A DNA stretch of 64,000 bases from Bryobacterales bacterium (GTDB lineage: Bacteria > Acidobacteriota > Terriglobia > Bryobacterales > Bryobacteraceae). Below the pieces are notes generated by a model, which was not told the DNA's origin, searched no databases, and saw only the letters and a list, made by a program, of their open reading frames with translations. The stretch spans positions 2,705 through 66,704 of the forward strand of contig JAOAPR010000248.1 in the NCBI GenBank assembly GCA_025463005.1, written 5' to 3'. The translations under genes and the position numbers were made by a program. Shown one piece after another: positions 48,662-58,383 of the stretch. The stretch's first letter is position 1. The number at the start of each line of letters is the position of its first letter.

Positions 48662-49693
48662 ATGTCCACAGCGAAACCGATCGGCTATCGACACTCCGGC
48701 GTGAACATCGACGAAGCGGACCGCGCCGTGGCGTCCATCCGCACCATGGCGCGCCGTACTTTTAGCCCCGCAGTATTGACGGATATCGGCAGCTTTGGCG
48801 GCGGCTATCTGCTAAAGGGCTATAAGGACCCGGTGCTGGTTTCGTCGGCTGATGGCGTCGGCACCAAGCTCAAGTTGGCATTCATGACCGGAGAGCATTC
48901 TACCGTCGGTGAAGATCTGGTCAACCACTGCGTGAACGATGTCGCGGTGCAGGGCGCGGTGCCGCTCTTTTTTCTCGATTACTTCGCGGTGGGCAAGCTG
49001 GACGCGAAGGTCGCCGCCAAGGTTGTGTCCGGGATGGCTCGCGGGTGCCGCAACAATGCCTGCGCGCTGATCGGAGGCGAAACCGCGGAAATGCCCGGCA
49101 TGTACGCGCCCGGAGAGTACGATCTGGCGGGGTTCATCGTGGGCGTCGTGGAGCGCAAGCGGATGCTTACCGGCAAAACGATTCGCGCCGGCGACGTTCT
49201 GATCGGATTGCCGTCGACCGGCTTGCACACGAACGGTTATTCGCTCGCCCGGAAACTGCTGTTCGAAGTCGCGGGCCATCAGGCGAACACGCAGATAGCC
49301 GAGCTGGGCAGCTCGATCGCGCAGGAGCTGATGAAAATCCACCGCAGCTACCTGAAGCCGTTGCGCGCGCTGCACGATGCCGGCGTCCTCAAAGGTGCGG
49401 CGCACATCACCGGCGGCGGCATCACGGACAACACGCCGCGCGTTCTTCCCAAGGGCCTGGGCGTGCGGATCGACGTCGAATCGTGGCCTGTGCTGCCGAT
49501 GTTTCAACTGCTGCGAAAGATTGGAAATATCCCGGAGGAGGACTGGCGGCGGACGTTCAACCTCGGCATAGGCATGATCCTGGTGGTGTCGAAACGCGAT
49601 CTGCCGAAAGCCGTGAAACTTCTCAAGAGCTTGCGCGAACGCTGGTACCAGATCGGAGAGGTCGTTCGCGGCAGTGGCGTGGTTTACGCATGA
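48662..49693 (+). CDS. purM: Phosphoribosylformylglycinamidine cyclo-ligase (AIR synthetase)
   Basis: ..YRHSGVNIDEADRAV..I.., ..DGVGTKLK.A.. and ..DLVNHCVNDV..QGA.PLFFLDYFA.. match canonical PurM. Confidence 0.95.
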   Translation: MSTAKPIGYRHSGVNIDEADRAVASIRTMARRTFSPAVLTDIGSFGGGYLLKGYKDPVLVSSADGVGTKLKLAFMTGEHSTVGEDLVNHCVNDVAVQGAVPLFFLDYFAVGKLDAKVAAKVVSGMARGCRNNACALIGGETAEMPGMYAPGEYDLAGFIVGVVERKRMLTGKTIRAGDVLIGLPSTGLHTNGYSLARKLLFEVAGHQANTQIAELGSSIAQELMKIHRSYLKPLRALHDAGVLKGAAHITGGGITDNTPRVLPKGLGVRIDVESWPVLPMFQLLRKIGNIPEEDWRRTFNLGIGMILVVSKRDLPKAVKLLKSLRERWYQIGEVVRGSGVVYA

Positions 49694-50307
49694 GCAAGCG
49701 CCTGGGGATCCTGATTTCCGGGCGAGGGTCCAATTTCCTGGCGATCGCGGATGCAGTCGCGCAGCATCGCCTGGACGCCGAAATTGCTGTGGTCATTTCC
49801 AATCACCCGGATGCGCCGGGAATCGCTGTGGGCCGGGAGCGCGGCTTCCAGGCGATCACACTGCCCTCAAAGGGTCTCGATCGGGAAGCATACGATTGCC
49901 AGATGATCGAGGAACTTCGAAAAAGCAATGTGGATCTGGTTTGCCTGGCGGGCTACATGCGGATCCTGAGCGGCCATTTCATCCGCGAATTTCACCAGCG
50001 GATCCTGAATATCCACCCCTCGCTGCTGCCCGCGTTCCCTGGGCTGGACGCGCAGCATCAAGCTCTGGATCATGGCGCCAAGTTTTCCGGCTGCACGGTG
50101 CATTTTGTCGAAGAAGGTCTGGATTCCGGCCCGATCATTAGCCAGGCCGTCGTCCCGGTGCTGGAAGACGACACGGCTGAATCACTTGCCGCCAGAATCC
50201 TTAAGGAAGAGCACCGCATCTATCCTGAGGCGATAGCGCTGGTACTGTCCGGTCAATACCGAATCGAAGGAAGACGGGTGATCCCATTTCGCAAGATCTT
50301 CGCCTGA
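49690..50307 (+). CDS. purN: Phosphoribosylglycinamide formyltransferase
   Basis: ATG 49690 overlaps the purM TGA (ATGA). MSKRLGILISGRGSNFLAIADA.., ..LVCLAGYMRIL.., ..ILNIHPSLLPAFPG.. and ..GCTVHFV.E.LD.GPII.Q. Confidence 0.9.
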   Translation: MSKRLGILISGRGSNFLAIADAVAQHRLDAEIAVVISNHPDAPGIAVGRERGFQAITLPSKGLDREAYDCQMIEELRKSNVDLVCLAGYMRILSGHFIREFHQRILNIHPSLLPAFPGLDAQHQALDHGAKFSGCTVHFVEEGLDSGPIISQAVVPVLEDDTAESLAARILKEEHRIYPEAIALVLSGQYRIEGRRVIPFRKIFA

Positions 50308-50394
50308 TCTTTTCGCCCTAGATCGCTGAGAATACCGCGTCGACCCCGACACTAGTTAGCAAGCACTAGAGCTCCTAGTCCTCACTCTTACGCG

Positions 50395-51405
50395 ATGGTT
50401 ACGGTCCATTACAGGCGCTGGTGTCCGCCGCAGAGCCCGTTGCGGATCGAGTTTCCGCCGGAGCTGCTGCACGATGTCCGGCTGGAAGCTATGCAGCCGG
50501 CTCGTGCGCTGCCATCGCGATGGATGCCCCGGTTTAACCGCGTAGTGAATCAGTCCAGCGGATTACTGTTCGGCGTCCGGCACGAGGACGAGGTGCGGGT
50601 GCTCGCGGCACGTGCCCATTCGGGTGACGACGGCCATGCGAATCCTGATGGCTTGGCGCGGGTCGGCACTTTTGTGTGCCGTGCTCGGGGCGAGGTGTTC
50701 CTCACCGACGACGATCTCGCCAATTTCGAGAAACACGAGGGAGTGCTGGCCTTAGTAGTTGCGGGAGGACAGGCGGGCTTCTTCGTCCGCGAGTCTGATG
50801 GAAGCGTGCAGGCGATCCGCAGTCACGAGGAGTTTCAGGTAGCCGACGCTGCTGCTCAGCCTGTCTCCCGGAAAACCGCAGTGGGGGCCGAGTTGCCGGC
50901 TCCCGCTCCACGCTGGCATGCCTGGAGACGGGTAGCGGCATGCGCGGCGTTATTAGCGATTCCCGCTGGCGCGTTTGCCTATCTGCGACCACTCATACCC
51001 CGTCTGCCCATCGCTTTGGCGATCCGGGAGGAAGCCGGGCAACTGGTGATCGGTTGGAATGCAGGCGCACTTAATGAGGGCAGCCGCCTGGAGATCACCG
51101 ATGGGAGCGAGCGAACCATCCTCATGCTGCCGGCCAATACATCCAGCGCCACTTACGGACTGCAGGGTGGCGACGTAGAGGTGCGCCTTAGCACTGACTC
51201 ACGAATGGGCGGTGCGCATTGGGAGGCGGCTCATTTCGCGACCCGTCCTGCTAGAACACCCCCGGCCTCCAACGCTCTACGAGACCGGATTGGCGCCCTG
51301 ACAATCGAAGCGCGGAAATTACGCCGTTCGCTGGCCGATGGAAATCTACGAACGGAGCAATTGGCCGCGAGGATGGATGAACTGACGACTAAACCAGAAC
51401 AGTAA
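50395..51405 (+). CDS. Hypothetical single-pass membrane protein
   Basis: 336 aa. N-terminal soluble domain, a central TM helix (WRRVAACAALLAIPAGAFAYL), then a C-terminal domain ending in a coiled-coil-like segment. No family recognised. Confidence 0.55.
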   Translation: MVTVHYRRWCPPQSPLRIEFPPELLHDVRLEAMQPARALPSRWMPRFNRVVNQSSGLLFGVRHEDEVRVLAARAHSGDDGHANPDGLARVGTFVCRARGEVFLTDDDLANFEKHEGVLALVVAGGQAGFFVRESDGSVQAIRSHEEFQVADAAAQPVSRKTAVGAELPAPAPRWHAWRRVAACAALLAIPAGAFAYLRPLIPRLPIALAIREEAGQLVIGWNAGALNEGSRLEITDGSERTILMLPANTSSATYGLQGGDVEVRLSTDSRMGGAHWEAAHFATRPARTPPASNALRDRIGALTIEARKLRRSLADGNLRTEQLAARMDELTTKPEQ

Positions 51406-52525
51406 ACGCGTTCTCGGCGCGCTGCACCGGTCGGTACAGCGTGTCGCGTTCCACAGGCTCGCGTCCGGCCTCACGGATCAGGCGCATCAGCTCGCCGCGG
51501 CGCAAGCCTTGTGTGGTGGTGGCGCCGGCGTCGTGATAAATTCGTTCTTCCACCAGCGTTCCATCCAGATCGTCCGCCCCGAAGCGCTGCGCGATTTGAG
51601 CGATCCGGGGCGTCATCATTACCCAGTAAGCCTTGATGTGCGGGATGTTGTCCAGCATCAGGCGCGACACGGCGATTTCCCGGATATCGTCGAAGCCGGT
51701 GGTCTTCGGAATGTGCTCCAGCGCCGTGTGGTCCGGATGGAACGCCAGCGGTATGAAGGTCTGGAACCCGCGCGTTTCGTCCTGGAGCTCGCGCAGCCGA
51801 AGGAGATGATCCAGGCGGTCCTCTTCGGTCTCGATGTGCCCGTAGAGCATGGTGCAGTTGGAGTGCAGGCCCATCTGGTGTGCCACCCGGGCCGTATCGA
51901 TCCACTGCTGGCCGGTCAGTTTGTGATCGCAGATGATGCGCCGCACGCGGTCGTGGAAGATTTCCGCGCCGCCGCCGGGTAGCGAATCCATACCTGCGTC
52001 CTTTAGTCGTTGCAGCACTTCGCGTTCGCTGATCTTGCCGCGCTGCGCGAAGTAGCCGATCTCGACCATGGTGAACGCCTTCAGATGCACCTGCGGAAAG
52101 CGCTCCTTCAGACCGCGCAGCATCTGGCAGTACCAGTCAAGAGTTAATTCCGGATGCAGGCCGCCCACGATGTGAAATTCAGTGACAGCTTCCGTGTAGC
52201 CGTGCCCGGCCTTTTCCCATACTTCCTCGAGCGACATGGTGTACGCCTTGGGATCCTTGGTTCGCTTGCCGAAGGCGCATAGTTTGCAGCTCGCCACGCA
52301 CACATCGGTGGGATTGATATGGCGGTTGACGTTGAAGAAAGTTGTGTTGCCGTGGAGGCGCTCGCGCACCTGGTTCGCCAGCCAGCCCACACCCAGTAGA
52401 TCTGGAGTGCGATAAATGACCATGCCGTCCTGATAGGACAGCCGCTCGCCGGCGTCGACCTTGGCGCGGAGAGCTTCGAGGCGATCGTCTTCAAACGAGG
52501 GAGTCATCGTGTGAATGGTGAACAA
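51389..52525 (-). CDS. mqnE: Radical SAM menaquinone (futalosine pathway) enzyme, aminofutalosine synthase MqnE-like
   Basis: ..FFNVNRHINPTDVCVASCKLCAFG.. contains the CxxxCxxC radical SAM cluster. ..FHIVGGLHP.., ..SLPGGGAEIF.., ..NCTMLYGHIE.. and ..LRELQDETRGFQTFIPLAF. MqnC is not excluded. Confidence 0.75.
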   Translation of the reverse strand: MFTIHTMTPSFEDDRLEALRAKVDAGERLSYQDGMVIYRTPDLLGVGWLANQVRERLHGNTTFFNVNRHINPTDVCVASCKLCAFGKRTKDPKAYTMSLEEVWEKAGHGYTEAVTEFHIVGGLHPELTLDWYCQMLRGLKERFPQVHLKAFTMVEIGYFAQRGKISEREVLQRLKDAGMDSLPGGGAEIFHDRVRRIICDHKLTGQQWIDTARVAHQMGLHSNCTMLYGHIETEEDRLDHLLRLRELQDETRGFQTFIPLAFHPDHTALEHIPKTTGFDDIREIAVSRLMLDNIPHIKAYWVMMTPRIAQIAQRFGADDLDGTLVEERIYHDAGATTTQGLRRGELMRLIREAGREPVERDTLYRPVQRAENAFTVLV

Positions 52526-52528
52526 ACA

Positions 52529-53407
52529 TCAGGTCAGAAAAATGTCTGTAGCCCAGAATACAAAGAATATCACGCTGACGTATCCGTTCACGGTGAAGAA
52601 GGCTGCGTCGATCCGGGAGAGATCGTCGGCCCGGACCAGCCTGTGCTCCCAGGCCAGAAGCCCAGCAACAGCGACGATTCCGGCGCCGGCCGTTGGCCCC
52701 AGTCCGAATGACCGGATCAGCGCGACCAGGCACGCCAGCATACCCAGGTGCAGAACGCGGGCGAACCACAGAGCCCCGGCGATGCCGAACCGCCGCGGGA
52801 TGCTGTAGAGCCCCGACTGCACATCGAAGGCGTAATCCTGGCACGCGTAGATGATGTCGAACCCGGCAGTCCACAGCGTTACGGCAGCGGTTAGCCACAG
52901 AATCCTGGGATCGAGCGAACCCTGCATGGCGATCCATGCGGCCGCCGGGGCGATTCCTAGCGAGAATCCCAGCACCAGGTGCGCCAGCGACGTGAATCGC
53001 TTGGTGAAGGAATAGAACATCACGATTCCCAGGGCCAGCGGCGCCAGTCTCAGGCACATCGAATTCAACCCGCCTGCCGCCAGGAAAAACACCGCGGCCC
53101 AGAACACAATGAACCCCCACGCAAACCTTCGCGAGAGGAGTCCGGCGGGAAGATGGCGCGCCTTGGTGCGGGGATTGCGGGAATCGATATCGGCGTCCAA
53201 GACGCGATTAAACGCCATGGCGACCGATCGCGCTGCGATCATGGCCAGGACGATCCAGGCCAGCTTAATCCACAGCAGTTGGCGCGGGAATCCGGCCTCC
53301 CGCCAGGCCAGCAACGCTCCGGTCAACGCGAATGGGAGCGCGAACACGGAGTGCTCGAACTTGATCATTTCGAGCGTCAGCCGAATTCGTTTAAGAAACT
53401 TCCGCAA
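52529..53407 (-). CDS. UbiA-family aromatic prenyltransferase (MqnP-like)
   Basis: ..IKFEHSVFALPFAL.. and NRVLDADIDSRNPRT (NxxxDxxxD), with about 8 TM helices. Located 3 nt upstream of the mqnE-like gene. Confidence 0.8.
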   Translation of the reverse strand: MRKFLKRIRLTLEMIKFEHSVFALPFALTGALLAWREAGFPRQLLWIKLAWIVLAMIAARSVAMAFNRVLDADIDSRNPRTKARHLPAGLLSRRFAWGFIVFWAAVFFLAAGGLNSMCLRLAPLALGIVMFYSFTKRFTSLAHLVLGFSLGIAPAAAWIAMQGSLDPRILWLTAAVTLWTAGFDIIYACQDYAFDVQSGLYSIPRRFGIAGALWFARVLHLGMLACLVALIRSFGLGPTAGAGIVAVAGLLAWEHRLVRADDLSRIDAAFFTVNGYVSVIFFVFWATDIFLT

Positions 53408-53424
53408 TCAGATACTATTCTAGT

Positions 53425-53880
53425 GTGGTGAAACCCTTCCACGCGGTCGCGGCGGTGTTGCTGTTACTGAGCGCCTGCGGTACTAAGCCTGCGGATGTTG
53501 GGGATCTGAACACCACCGAGGTCACCTTCCCTAACGGCCAAAAAGTGGTGGCGGAGACCATGCTGCGGGACATCGACCAGATGCGCGGCATGATGTTTCG
53601 CGATGCGTTAGCCAAGGACCGAGGCATGCTGTTCGTGCATCCAGCCGACGGAAACTATGCCTACTGGATGTATCAGGTCCGTATTCCGCTCGATATTATT
53701 TGGATGGATCACCAGCGGCGGATCGTGGAAATCTCGGCGAACACGCCCCCTTGTCCTTCGAAGGCCGCGCATGAGTGTCCGAGCTTTGGCGGGCACGAGA
53801 AGGCTCGCTATGTGCTGGAACTGGCTGGGGGCGGGGCTGCGATGTATGGCCTCAAGGTGGGCGATAACGTCAGCTTCTAG
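53425..53880 (+). CDS. DUF192 domain protein (lipoprotein-type signal)
   Basis: ..LLLSACG.., ..AETMLRDIDQMRGMMFRDAL..DRGMLFV.. and ..YWMYQVRIPLDIIWMD match the DUF192 pattern. Confidence 0.8.
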   Translation: MVKPFHAVAAVLLLLSACGTKPADVGDLNTTEVTFPNGQKVVAETMLRDIDQMRGMMFRDALAKDRGMLFVHPADGNYAYWMYQVRIPLDIIWMDHQRRIVEISANTPPCPSKAAHECPSFGGHEKARYVLELAGGGAAMYGLKVGDNVSF

Positions 53881-54776
53881 AGGTGCTGCTCGCCCGCCTT
53901 CGCGGCTGTCACTCGGGCGCTGCGGGCGTCCAGGTATTCCCGGATAGCGGCCGATAGCGACGGCATCGGCGCGATCCCCAGCGCTTCGATCCGGGCGTTG
54001 CTCAATGCCGAGTACTTTGGCCGGCGCGCCGCGGTGCGAAATTCGCGCTCGTTGGTCGGTTTGAGCGGCGGATTCAGCCCGGCCGCTTCGAAGATCTTGG
54101 CGGCCCATTTGAACCACGAGATGGGCGTGCCGCCGCCGATATGGAAAGTACCGTGCGCGCCGCGCTCCACCAGATCCGCGGTTCGGGCGGCCAACGCAGG
54201 CGCATAGGTCGGCGACGCTACATGATCCTCCACTACGCGGATGGGATTGTTCTGGGCTGCCAGCCGTAGCATCAGCTCCACGAAATTGCCGCGCGCGGTT
54301 TCCAGGCCCCCGGGTCCGAAAACCCCTGAGGTTCGGATAATCAGCGGCGTATCCAAATAAGCCCGCGCGTACAACTCGCCGGCGAGCTTCGAAACAGCGT
54401 AGGCGCCCAGGGGACGCGGAGCATCTTCTTCGCTATATGCCCGGCCGGCCTGGCCGTCGAAGACGTAATCGGTGGAGAAATGCACCAGTTGCGCGTCGGA
54501 ATTTCTGCAGGCCACCGCCAGATTGCGCACCGCCAGCGCATTCACCTGGAACGCAGCCAGCGGCTCCTTCTCGGCTACGTCGACTTGGTTATAAGCGGCG
54601 GCGTTCAGGACCACGGCGGGATCGACGCCGGCAACGGATCGCTCGACAGCAGCGGCGTCGGTAATATCGACCCTGGAACGCTCGAAGCATACGACTTCGT
54701 AACCGCGCGCGGAGAATTCTGCTTTTAGCTCGACGCCGAGCTGGCCACCGCTACCAAACAACGCAGCTCGCTTCAC
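53877..54776 (-). CDS. rfbD: dTDP-4-dehydrorhamnose reductase
   Basis: MKRAALFGSGGQLG.., ..NAAAYNQVD.AE.. and ..HFSTDYVFDG.. are RfbD motifs. Confidence 0.85.
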   Translation of the reverse strand: MKRAALFGSGGQLGVELKAEFSARGYEVVCFERSRVDITDAAAVERSVAGVDPAVVLNAAAYNQVDVAEKEPLAAFQVNALAVRNLAVACRNSDAQLVHFSTDYVFDGQAGRAYSEEDAPRPLGAYAVSKLAGELYARAYLDTPLIIRTSGVFGPGGLETARGNFVELMLRLAAQNNPIRVVEDHVASPTYAPALAARTADLVERGAHGTFHIGGGTPISWFKWAAKIFEAAGLNPPLKPTNEREFRTAARRPKYSALSNARIEALGIAPMPSLSAAIREYLDARSARVTAAKAGEQHL

Positions 54777-54777
54777 C

Positions 54778-55146
54778 CTACCGCCAATTCAAAGCTGCCC
54801 ACAGCAGCAGTCCGACGGCTCCAGGAAGCAGCAGTTCCGGCCAGTTCCGCCGCAGGAAGCGAGCCAGAGGCCGCGAGGTCTTGGGCGCCGGTGATCCGTC
54901 TTGGGTGGGAGCCATCGACGCCGCCAGCCGCGTGCGAAGCGCCGAGGGCAGGCCCTGCAGCGCGCGCAGGATTTCTTTGCGCCCGCGCCGGTCGGCGATC
55001 AAAATGGTAGCGGAATTGAAGCCGTTAGTGGATTCTTCCAACTCCTTCCGCAGGCGCTGCGGGATTTCGCTGACCGAGCGGTATACGCGCGTGCGACCGC
55101 CTTTGGCGATAAAAATAGTGGAAGTTTTGACAGTCACGCGGTGCAT
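54778..55146 (-). CDS. Hypothetical protein with C-terminal TM helix
   Basis: 122 aa. The stop is 1 nt before the rfbD start. C-terminal ..WPELLLPGAVGLLLWAALNW. No family recognised. Confidence 0.5.
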   Translation of the reverse strand: MHRVTVKTSTIFIAKGGRTRVYRSVSEIPQRLRKELEESTNGFNSATILIADRRGRKEILRALQGLPSALRTRLAASMAPTQDGSPAPKTSRPLARFLRRNWPELLLPGAVGLLLWAALNWR

Positions 55147-55165
55147 CGCCGATACTCCAGGTCGC

Positions 55166-56137
55166 TCAGCTCTCCGCTGGAATCGCCTTGGCGACCCGTT
55201 CTATGGGCCCCGCGTTTTTTACAGGTACGCGAACCATGGTGTCCACCACAGCGTTCTTGAGAGTCACTTCAATGAATCCCAGGGCGGCTTTTGAGAGAGC
55301 TTTATCCTTCCTATAGATTAACGCAAGCTGCCGCACCATGGGCTCGGGCCCCAGCGAGATCGCGGCCAATTTTCCGGACGCTACTTCGTCGCGGCAGTGC
55401 GTTCCGGCCAGGAAGCTAATCCCGAGTCCCGCCAGCACGAAACGCTTGATCATCTCGGTGGAATCCAGTTCCATCGACGAGTTGATATCGTCTTCCACGG
55501 GCTCCAGCCACACCGAAAGGCGGCGCCGCGTGGTGCCGGTCTTGGGCATCAGCAACGGAAAACCGACCAGATCCGCGGGCAGAATCTCGTGTCTACGCGC
55601 AAGCGGATGGCTGCCCGGCATCAGCGCTTTGATTTCGTCGGAGTGGATTTTGACGACTTGGAGGCGTTTTTCAGCTACCGGTAGCTGCGTGATGCCGAAA
55701 TCCGCCTGGTTATCCAGCACGGCTTCCACTACGCGGGCGCCGTACGAACGATCCACCAGGATTTGCACGTTGGGGAACTGCTTCTTGAACTCGGAGAACA
55801 CCAGCGGCAGGACGTAGATGCAGGTGGCTTCGTTAGCGGCGATGAGCAATTCTCCGCGCGGCACACGTTCCAGCTCATTGATCGAATCCTGTGCGCGGCG
55901 GCGAAGCGCGAGAATCTGCTCGGCAAAATCGGCAAAAATATGGCCGGCGGGCGTGATGGCGATCTTTGTCCCCAGGCGCTCAAAGAGAGGGGCGTTTAGT
56001 TCCTGCTCCAGTTGCCGCACTTGAGCGCTCACGGCAGGCTGCGTGCGAAAGCACGACTGCGCGGCTTTGGAAAAGCTCTTGAGCCGGACAATCTCCAAAA
56101 ACGTATGGAGTTGATCGAGGTCCATGGACAATCCCAT
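55166..56137 (-). CDS. LysR family transcriptional regulator
   Basis: The HTH region is LDQLHTFLEIVRLKSFSKAAQSCFRTQPAVSAQVRQLEQEL, followed by a substrate-binding domain of typical length. The start may be Met at 56125. Confidence 0.85.
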   Translation of the reverse strand: MGLSMDLDQLHTFLEIVRLKSFSKAAQSCFRTQPAVSAQVRQLEQELNAPLFERLGTKIAITPAGHIFADFAEQILALRRRAQDSINELERVPRGELLIAANEATCIYVLPLVFSEFKKQFPNVQILVDRSYGARVVEAVLDNQADFGITQLPVAEKRLQVVKIHSDEIKALMPGSHPLARRHEILPADLVGFPLLMPKTGTTRRRLSVWLEPVEDDINSSMELDSTEMIKRFVLAGLGISFLAGTHCRDEVASGKLAAISLGPEPMVRQLALIYRKDKALSKAALGFIEVTLKNAVVDTMVRVPVKNAGPIERVAKAIPAES

Positions 56138-56189
56138 CCTCTTGTTTCTCGGGAGATGGGTCTTATGCTTACAGTTATACTAGCATTGC

Positions 56190-57350
56190 GTGATCGCTGC
56201 GATGGGCCAGTGGAGTGGCAGGTACCGCCTACCGGCTGGAACGATGCTGCTGATCCTTCTTGCGGCCCAGCAAACCCTTGGTGCTCAGACTGTTGCGAAT
56301 GTGTTGCTGGTTGTGAATGACGCATCGCAACTGTCGCGGGACATCGGACAGTACTACACAAGCAGGCGAGGCGTGCCCCCCAGGAATATCTGCCATATCC
56401 GGACCGCAGCGACCGAGGATGTCGCGCGACCGCAATACGACCGGGAAATCGCCGGCGCGATCGGCGCGTGCCTCACTCGCAACCAGCTTGTCGAACAGGT
56501 TCTGTATATCGTGACCACGGGTGGCGTGCCGCTAAAGATTCCCGGATCCGGTAGCGCGGGAGGAGCCGCGGGAATGGAAGGGGATTACGCCGCGGTCGAC
56601 AGCGAGCTCACGCTGTTGTACTCCGACTTGAAGCAGGGAAAAGCGCACCCCATCGCGGGTCCCGCCACTAACCCCTATTTCGGCCGGCGTGAAGCGAAAT
56701 TCAGCCATCCGGAGTTTCCCATCTACCTGGTCACACGACTGGCGGCGTACGATCTGGAGGGCGTCAAGGCTATCATCGATCGCAGCCTGCACGCTGCGAA
56801 TCAGGGCAAATTCGTGATCGATATGAAATCGCCGGGTCCCCAGGAGGGCGATTCCTGGCTGCGTCAAGCGGCGAACCTGCTGCCCAAGGACCGGGTTATC
56901 TTCGACTCGTCTGAAAAAGTGATCTATGACCAGACTGCCGTAATCGGATACGCCGGCTGGGGTTCGAACGATACCAATCGGCATCGCCGGTTCTTAGGGT
57001 TCCACTGGCTTCCCGGAGCCATTGCTACGGAATTTGTCTCCACCAACGGCCGCACCTTTCAGCGTCCTCCCGATAACTGGAACATCAGCGATTGGAAGCA
57101 CCGCCAACTCTGGTTCGCCGGAGCTCCCCAAACATTGACCGCTGATTACCTGTTGGAAGGGGCCACCGCCGCCACCGGTCACGTGGACGAACCATTTCTC
57201 AGCTTGACGCCTCATCCCGAGTATCTGTTGCCGGCATATTATTCGGGCCGCAACCTGGCGGAGAGCTATTACCTGTCCATCCGCGCGCTGAGCTGGCAGA
57301 ACATCGTGGTCGGAGATCCGTTGTGCTCGCTTGGTCCGCCCGGACGTTGA
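56190..57350 (+). CDS. Secreted conserved hypothetical protein (resembles the TIGR03790 family)
   Basis: Signal ..MLLILLAAQQTLGAQ, then NVLLVVNDASQLSRDIGQYYTSRRGVPPRNICHI. I recall this as the N-terminal pattern of TIGR03790-type proteins, from memory only. Divergent from the LysR gene. Confidence 0.55.
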   Translation: MIAAMGQWSGRYRLPAGTMLLILLAAQQTLGAQTVANVLLVVNDASQLSRDIGQYYTSRRGVPPRNICHIRTAATEDVARPQYDREIAGAIGACLTRNQLVEQVLYIVTTGGVPLKIPGSGSAGGAAGMEGDYAAVDSELTLLYSDLKQGKAHPIAGPATNPYFGRREAKFSHPEFPIYLVTRLAAYDLEGVKAIIDRSLHAANQGKFVIDMKSPGPQEGDSWLRQAANLLPKDRVIFDSSEKVIYDQTAVIGYAGWGSNDTNRHRRFLGFHWLPGAIATEFVSTNGRTFQRPPDNWNISDWKHRQLWFAGAPQTLTADYLLEGATAATGHVDEPFLSLTPHPEYLLPAYYSGRNLAESYYLSIRALSWQNIVVGDPLCSLGPPGR

Positions 57351-58350
57351 AGGAGCATCTCTGAACTCCTTCCATCCGCTATTCAGGAATCCGCACCTCG
57401 CTACGATCGCGGGAAATTTCTGGAGTCGTCCCGACAGCGAGCGGCACTGGCCCGTCGAAGCGGTGATCTATCAGACCGAGCCCAACGTCCGGGTGCTGGT
57501 TCACTCGCAGCGCCCCGTCGTGAATAAAGGCGAGAAGCCCAAGGGGGAACTGATCCTGGTCCATGGTCTGGAGGGATCGAGCGCCTCGGGCTATGCCCGC
57601 AGCATGGTCCACGCCGCGCTTCAAAGGGGATGGGTGACGCACCGGTTCAACATGCGCGGATGCGGCGATGCGGATGAACTGGCCGTGACGGGCTATCACG
57701 CCGGCCAGACCAGCGATTTGCTGGCCGTCCTCCGGGAGCGCCGCCGGCTGAGCTCGCTGCCGCTATTCGTCATCGGATTCTCGCTGGGCGGAAATGTGAC
57801 ACTCAAGCTGGCGGGAGAACTGGCGGAGGCCGCCGGGGAACTGCTGATGGGGGTGTGCGCCGTGTCGACACCCATCGACTTGGCTGCGTGCGCCGCCGCG
57901 CTGGCCGAGCCGCGGAATTTCATCTACCAGGGCCGCTTCCTGAACCGGCTGAAAGATCGCATCCGGCGTAAGAATCGTGTAGCGCCGGACGTCTATACCT
58001 TGGAACACTTGCCCAAGATTCGCACCATCGAGGATTTCGACGACCACTACACCGCGCGCCTGTTCGGCTTCGGCACGGCGGCGAACTATTTTCGTACCCA
58101 ATCGTCGAATCAGTTCCTGGAGCGCATCCGGGTGCCCGCGTTGTTGGTCCAATCCAAGGACGATCCGCTGGTGCCTTTTCCCGTTTTTGAACACCCGGCG
58201 TTTGATAGTAATCCGTGCCTGACGCTCTTGGCGGTGGAGCATGGCGGCCATTTAGGGTTTCTTTCGCGTGGGAAAGACCGATTCTGGCTGGATGGGACGG
58301 TCCTGGACTGGATGGAGCGGAACCTGAACCGCCTAAACCTCGTATCCTAG
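57331..58350 (+). CDS. Alpha/beta hydrolase (YheT-like)
   Basis: ..LILVHGLEGSS.S.Y.., the nucleophile elbow GFSLGGN, and ..DDPLVPF.. and ..EHGGHLGF. Start uncertain (TTG 57331 overlaps the upstream gene). Confidence 0.8.
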   Translation: MVRPDVEGASLNSFHPLFRNPHLATIAGNFWSRPDSERHWPVEAVIYQTEPNVRVLVHSQRPVVNKGEKPKGELILVHGLEGSSASGYARSMVHAALQRGWVTHRFNMRGCGDADELAVTGYHAGQTSDLLAVLRERRRLSSLPLFVIGFSLGGNVTLKLAGELAEAAGELLMGVCAVSTPIDLAACAAALAEPRNFIYQGRFLNRLKDRIRRKNRVAPDVYTLEHLPKIRTIEDFDDHYTARLFGFGTAANYFRTQSSNQFLERIRVPALLVQSKDDPLVPFPVFEHPAFDSNPCLTLLAVEHGGHLGFLSRGKDRFWLDGTVLDWMERNLNRLNLVS

Positions 58351-58383
58351 GACTACACACGTACTTCAAAGAGGTCCGTTCAC

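Noticed and set aside
49045-49689. Long N-terminal extension of the purN ORF (track start 49045) running through purM.
   Set aside because: The extension is Arg-rich nonsense in an alternative frame of purM. The conserved PurN N-terminus (MSKRLGILISGRGSN) starts at ATG 49690, overlapping the purM stop.
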